From: a virus
Taxonomy: Duplodnaviria; Caudoviricetes
IMG/VR virus record: IMGVR_UViG_3300005758_000151
Span: 1-28,854 of that record
Reading direction: 5' to 3' (one strand)
DNA: 28,854 bases
In this document: one piece after another, positions 24,777 through 28,854 of the stretch
Numbering within the stretch: position 1 is the stretch's first letter
Layout: every line of letters begins with the position of its first letter
The notes under the pieces: model-generated
Databases searched by the model: none
Seen by the model: the letters and a program-made list of their open reading frames with translations, nothing else
Told to the model about the DNA's origin: nothing
Made by a program: the position numbers and the translations under genes

Positions 24777-25067
24777 CTATCTCACTTTCCATTGAAACTC
24801 GTCTGCGTAAAGGCGTTCTAGTGGTTCAGTCATCATCGGCATCATGGGCTGCATCGCCATTGCCGTTGATAGATCGAGGATCTCGAGATTTCGGAATAAG
24901 TGCTCAAGCTCCTCGGGGCTTGCGTTCTGCATCAGTGCATACATGGCAGGGCTTACATGCAGGGTTTGATTGATACGCACGGCGGTTTTCTGGCCTGCCA
25001 TCATTTTACTTACACTGATCGCCAGGCCTGCAAAGGGTATCGAATCTTTCAATGGTCGATCCTCCAT
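24777..25067 (-). CDS. Hypothetical protein
   Basis: 96 aa, part of the tightly packed minus-strand gene chain. Confidence 0.55.
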   Translation of the reverse strand: MEDRPLKDSIPFAGLAISVSKMMAGQKTAVRINQTLHVSPAMYALMQNASPEELEHLFRNLEILDLSTAMAMQPMMPMMTEPLERLYADEFQWKVR

Positions 25068-25438
25068 CCGTTTTCGAGCTCAAGCGGCTCGCGATCTTTT
25101 AAGTTCACGACCTTCATCTTTTCTAAAATGAACTCCACAAAGAAAAGGCCTTTGCTAATCTCTGTTGCCTCTTTACGGACACAGCGAAACAGTCCCTGGC
25201 CTTCAATTTCTACATATCCATGCAATGGCAATGCAGCAGGATGCTTAAGTGCCTGCATGTGATTCGCAGCGTAGACGTAAATCGAGAAATTGGGATCGTG
25301 TGGCACACGAAAACGCCTAAGCCAGATCGACACTACAGCCCAAATCAAAGAGATTCCAATGACACAAAAAACCAAAACGTGCATTACTACGACGATCGTA
25401 AAAGCGAACATTAAAACGTCCATCATCAGATCAGCCAT
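25049..25438 (-). CDS. Hypothetical membrane protein
   Basis: Long N-terminal hydrophobic segment. Overlaps both neighbouring genes. Confidence 0.6.
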   Translation of the reverse strand: MADLMMDVLMFAFTIVVVMHVLVFCVIGISLIWAVVSIWLRRFRVPHDPNFSIYVYAANHMQALKHPAALPLHGYVEIEGQGLFRCVRKEATEISKGLFFVEFILEKMKVVNLKDREPLELENGWRIDH

Positions 25439-25733
25439 TTTTCCTGCTTTCGTATTGTTGCATCCACTCGGGCACTGTGCTTGGTTTGTCCGGTGCTACG
25501 ATCTCGAGATAGTCGAGCAGTGCGTCAGCTGCAGGGCACCTGGCGTCGAGCACTCGTCGATCGACTAGCTTGGCCACCGTATAGGCGAGCTTATCTGCAG
25601 CTCGTCGCCAAATCAGCTCATGCTCAAGCTCGCGGATGCGATCCTCAAGCGTCTCGATCAGCTCGGCTTGCTCTCGCTCAAGTCCTGTGCAATCGCAATT
25701 CATCGACTTGTTACCGCAGATGTTACAGCTCAT
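25431..25733 (-). CDS. Hypothetical protein with N-terminal Cys cluster and coiled coil
   Basis: MSCNICG...CDC, with an ATGA overlap to the upstream gene. Confidence 0.65.
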   Translation of the reverse strand: MSCNICGNKSMNCDCTGLEREQAELIETLEDRIRELEHELIWRRAADKLAYTVAKLVDRRVLDARCPAADALLDYLEIVAPDKPSTVPEWMQQYESRKNG

Positions 25734-25957
25734 GATCGCTTCCTCGGTGGCGGTGCAGATGTTGGCTGCAAATGTTGAAATTCCTCTCGGCGAGCGTAGC
25801 AGCCCGAGCCATCCTTGAACTGAACGTGAAACATGATATCGCCAGTGATGATGCGAACAGGATCGCCGAGTACACCGATGCGGTGCTCGTGCGGATGCCC
25901 AGGTAGCAGCTTAACATGATGCGTCGGTTTCGGCGGTTGCTGTGGTGCTCGTTTCAT
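25730..25957 (-). CDS. Small hypothetical protein (possible SH3-like barrel)
   Basis: ATGA overlaps at both ends. Confidence 0.6.
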   Translation of the reverse strand: MKRAPQQPPKPTHHVKLLPGHPHEHRIGVLGDPVRIITGDIMFHVQFKDGSGCYARREEFQHLQPTSAPPPRKRS

Positions 25958-26268
25958 GTGCTTACAACCTTAAATCCAATCGTTTCGAAATGCTCTGCCT
26001 CTGCGTAGTTAGTCGCAAATGGAAAATCCAACTCAAGCACGAGCTCTCGACTTGAATTTACCACTCCCATGCAAACCCAAAAACCGCCATCGAGGTAGGC
26101 TACCAATCTCTCGCCAGGATTAAGCACTGGCGGCTCCCAGTTTTCGTGAAGCAATTGCTTGAACTCTCCGGTACCGGAACATACTTCACAGTCTGAGTCT
26201 TCACCCAAGCACTTAGGGCAGGGCTCAACTGGGAAGCCAACTCGCTTGATTGTGTCTAGCCTGCTCAT
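25954..26268 (-). CDS. Hypothetical protein with DnaJ-type Zn-finger motifs
   Basis: CPKCLG...CEVCSGTG, with ATGA overlaps. Confidence 0.65.
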   Translation of the reverse strand: MSRLDTIKRVGFPVEPCPKCLGEDSDCEVCSGTGEFKQLLHENWEPPVLNPGERLVAYLDGGFWVCMGVVNSSRELVLELDFPFATNYAEAEHFETIGFKVVST

Positions 26269-26576
26269 GATTTACTCCTAGCATCGCCGACGGCGATGAT
26301 TTCGCATTGGTAGTAACTGCGGCGTGGAAACATTTTCTTAGCTCGCTCAATCGCTAGGCGAGCCTTGTCAGCTGTCTCGTAGATCTTGGCACTTTTAAGC
26401 ACCAGCGTGCGGCCAGGATCGCCGGTCCAAGGTGCAAAGTAACAGCCTGGCCAAAACTGTACGATGTAGCCACTGCCAACAATGTCGGCTGGATGATGCT
26501 CGCAGCCTGTGATGTAGCCCCCGAGCTCGATGTCGATGCATGGCTTGCCGCATTCGGTGCAGTTGAAGCTGCTCAT
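26265..26576 (-). CDS. Hypothetical protein with N-terminal Zn-ribbon
   Basis: CTECGKPC...GCEHH and WTGDPGRTL, with ATGA overlaps. Confidence 0.65.
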   Translation of the reverse strand: MSSFNCTECGKPCIDIELGGYITGCEHHPADIVGSGYIVQFWPGCYFAPWTGDPGRTLVLKSAKIYETADKARLAIERAKKMFPRRSYYQCEIIAVGDARSKS

Positions 26577-26800
26577 GCTGGCTCCTTCGTGTCAGAATGA
26601 CTTAAAAACTTGGCGAGCTGCTCGCTAGTGATCCGGGCTCCGGTCTTACTGTCAACCATGATTTCACCGCTACCGATAACCCCATCGCCAAGCAAACCGC
26701 CACGCCCTTTCCCACCGCATTCGCGACAGTTGTTGCCGTCATCCAAAACGCCATACCCATGGCATTTTGGACACTCCCTGAAATCAATCTTTACTTTCAT
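26573..26800 (-). CDS. Small DnaJ-type Zn-finger protein
   Basis: CPKCHGYG and CRECGGKG (two CxxCxGxG motifs), with ATGA overlaps. Confidence 0.7.
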   Translation of the reverse strand: MKVKIDFRECPKCHGYGVLDDGNNCRECGGKGRGGLLGDGVIGSGEIMVDSKTGARITSEQLAKFLSHSDTKEPA

Positions 26801-27177
26801 GCGTGCACCTTCAATTTCGCTTTACTCGATCGAGTATGCATCCCACCTGTGTAGTAGATCCCGTGCGGCCCGGCAGTCTGAAAAACCATCATCGAATTCA
26901 TCAGGCGAGGCATCCGCAAAATGCAGTCGTAGAACTGCCCATCTTCGCCAATGAATCCATACCGAATGCGATAAGGCGAGTTGCTCGCAAACTCGCGCCA
27001 TGCTGATTCAGGATCGCCTGGATAGGTCTTTCGCCAGAATCGCCGATCGCGATGTGGCAACTCTTCCCAGCTATGCATGTATTGGCCACTGTCGCCGGGA
27101 ATGTCGCAGATCCTCTGCCAGGTTGGATTCTTCTCGCACCATTCCTTGGCGAGTCGTGATGCATCTTGCACGCTCAT
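26797..27177 (-). CDS. Hypothetical Trp-rich protein
   Basis: 126 aa with ATGA overlaps at both ends. Confidence 0.65.
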   Translation of the reverse strand: MSVQDASRLAKEWCEKNPTWQRICDIPGDSGQYMHSWEELPHRDRRFWRKTYPGDPESAWREFASNSPYRIRYGFIGEDGQFYDCILRMPRLMNSMMVFQTAGPHGIYYTGGMHTRSSKAKLKVHA

Positions 27178-27443
27178 GCTTTGGCCTCTGGCTTGTAGTT
27201 CGGATTTTCAAATTCGAGACTCTCGATCGAGCACGAAAAGACACAACCAGATTTGTTGGCGAGCATCACATGAGTGGACGCATCGTGCAATGCGAATGCC
27301 TCGCTGGTCACGGTTACATCGATAGGCTTTTCGCCTGCGGCGTTACACATTCTCGCAGTCGCACCGACAGCCACATTCTTGTTGAAAATGTCTGCCTTCA
27401 TCCATGCCTTTACCATTCGTTCCGTATAAGATTGCTTGCTCAT
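27174..27443 (-). CDS. Hypothetical protein
   Basis: Its ATG directly follows the TAA of the initiator-like gene, and it has an ATGA overlap downstream. Confidence 0.65.
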   Translation of the reverse strand: MSKQSYTERMVKAWMKADIFNKNVAVGATARMCNAAGEKPIDVTVTSEAFALHDASTHVMLANKSGCVFSCSIESLEFENPNYKPEAKA

Positions 27444-28457
27444 TTAAGCTCTTTCTGAAATTGGGTTTGAAACTTTTGGGCATGGTGGAAGTTGTTTTCT
27501 GAGCTTGTGCCAGCGGTGCCCTCGCTCTTCGGCAAAGCGGCGGATCGTGCCTCGGTAGTAGTCGGCCTCGTCACGTGCATGCGTTTTGGCCGATCGCACG
27601 AACTGCCGCACCTGGTGCAGTCCCTCGAGAAGCACGGCTGCACAAGCGACCTGCCAGCAGTGCTCTCGCTCCTCGCGACGTCGATCGAGCGATCGGATCG
27701 ATTCGGCAAGCATCTTGGCACCGGTCTCGATGTCGCGGCGTTGCTCGGTTGTGATGGTCGCGAAATCGCTTTCGTGATCATCGTCGACGACGACGACCGG
27801 CTGCTCGGCTGCTGTTGGTTTCGCGGCCTCTGTCGGAGTCGTCGGAGATATTGGATTATTGGATTTATTGGATATAAAGAGAGGCTCGCAAATGTTGCAT
27901 GCAGCGCTGCCATAGTTGTTGCATACAGCGCTGCTATGGGCGCTGCTATCAGCGCTGCCATAGTCGTTGCATACAACATGAGTGGGCAAAGCACTACTCA
28001 GGGCGGCGGTTTTCGGCTCCTCATCGACCACGTAAAACGGTCTCGAGCGAGGGCTCTTAGCGAGCTGGTTTACTACGTCCATCTGGATCTCGATCAGCAC
28101 GCCTGCGTTTTGGCCTCGTGCGTTGCGTACCGTGGTGCGAGTAATGATGCCAGCCTCCTCGAGGCGAGCCAGTGCTCGGCCTACTGCGTTGGGGTGGCAT
28201 TGGAGTCGATCGTGCTCGGCGAGCTCTTTCTTGCTACCGATCCACTGAATGCCCGAGCAGCCCATGGCGAGCGCTGAGGGCGAGCCAGCGAATACGGCCA
28301 GCATGCCAGCCAGCTCGTACAAGTGCTCGCCATCTTGAGCACCTATTTGCTCAGCGGCGAGCTGCATCTTGCGAGCTCGATCGGCTCGTGCGGCCTTGAT
28401 CGCGGCGGCTTCATCCTCTCGCGACTCGAAGCCTAGTTTGAGTTGTTGGATAGTCAT
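27444..28457 (-). CDS. Putative replication initiator (winged HTH)
   Basis: HTH-like SKKELAE...HPNAVGRALARLEEAGIITR, a central low-complexity linker encoded by DNA repeats, and a helical C-terminal domain. This is a lambda O-like layout. Confidence 0.6.
   Translation of the reverse strand: MTIQQLKLGFESREDEAAAIKAARADRARKMQLAAEQIGAQDGEHLYELAGMLAVFAGSPSALAMGCSGIQWIGSKKELAEHDRLQCHPNAVGRALARLEEAGIITRTTVRNARGQNAGVLIEIQMDVVNQLAKSPRSRPFYVVDEEPKTAALSSALPTHVVCNDYGSADSSAHSSAVCNNYGSAACNICEPLFISNKSNNPISPTTPTEAAKPTAAEQPVVVVDDDHESDFATITTEQRRDIETGAKMLAESIRSLDRRREEREHCWQVACAAVLLEGLHQVRQFVRSAKTHARDEADYYRGTIRRFAEERGHRWHKLRKQLPPCPKVSNPISERA
27849..27975. repeat. Iteron-like repeats plus AT-rich repeats (putative origin)
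   Basis: GCGCTGCYAT at 27904, 27928, 27940 and 27952. GTTGCAT at 27894, 27918 and 27966. TATTGGAT at 27849, 27857 and 27866. Confidence 0.7.
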
Positions 28458-28540
28458 TTCGATGCTTTCAACGTCTTGTTGTTGGATTCGATTTGCTGTT
28501 GTAAATCCTGTTGTAAATCGCTACTTTTTAGGCCATGAAT

Positions 28541-28581
28541 CCCAATAAAAAATAGTCTTAGTAAGACTCTTGTTTATTGGG
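28541..28581. promoter_or_regulatory. 41-bp AT-rich palindrome (operator-like)
   Basis: CCCAATAAA-aaat-AGTCTTA-g-TAAGACT-cttg-TTTATTGGG, 18 of 20 arm positions complementary, upstream of the initiator-like gene. Confidence 0.6.
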
Positions 28582-28854
28582 TTTTTGATGTGCCTTTTTG
28601 CTCAGCTCAGTGCGTAGAATGAGCGAGCGACCCGAGAGAATCTCGGTCGATATAGGCAAGCAAAAATCTATTGCGATTGTGGTCTCGCGTTTTTGATTCG
28701 CGTCGCTTGCCAGTGCTGTGGAATTGTCCGAGGCTACTCGATTTGTAGCCTCTCTCAGAGCGTAGCTACTCGCTCGTGAGAGTGGCCGAAACCATTCGTC
28801 TCGTCAGTGGGGGTATGGTTTAGATCTTCATGGTGATTGCTCCGAGTTTTGAGG

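Larger units (their letters stand above)
149..28457. mobile_element. Temperate siphovirus-like phage / prophage (boundaries not visible)
   Basis: Integrase, replication, terminase, portal, capsid and non-contractile tail modules in a lambdoid order. Confidence 0.92.

Noticed and set aside
1061-28399. Many plus-strand and nested ORFs (e.g. 3227..3835, 6139..6699, 7752..8336, 27492..28277)
   Set aside because: They lie antisense to or inside well-supported genes, have S/R/A-rich off-frame composition and show no motifs.

Overview
The window is a nearly complete temperate, siphovirus-like phage or prophage segment. A Planctomycetota (Pirellula-like) host is inferred from the repeat types and gene content, not proven. 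A tyrosine integrase on the + strand (149-1021) converges on about 27 kb of minus-strand genes. In transcription order these are: a replication initiator with an internal iteron-like origin, a chain of small translationally coupled early genes, a FliA/WhiG-like sigma factor, a gpA-type terminase, a gpW-like protein, a lambda-type portal, an SGNH/fibre-like insert, a protease-capsid fusion, a DUF2190-like protein, a membrane peptidase module, head-tail and tail genes, tape measure and tail-tip genes. The most striking observation is at the end of the tail operon. There, a Cys-rich (19 Cys), N-x-S/T-rich protein is followed by an apparent fusion of a divergent Erv1/ALR-like sulfhydryl-oxidase domain with a GT-A glycosyltransferase, suggesting a phage-encoded disulfide and glycosylation maturation module. 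Other highlights are an Acb2/Tad1-like gene flanked by direct repeats that include a GTAG-type REP, a 56-bp element duplicated directly on two late start codons, a recurring AGGCTGC initiation motif, and no recognisable holin/endolysin. All family assignments come from motif recognition by eye; no searches were run.
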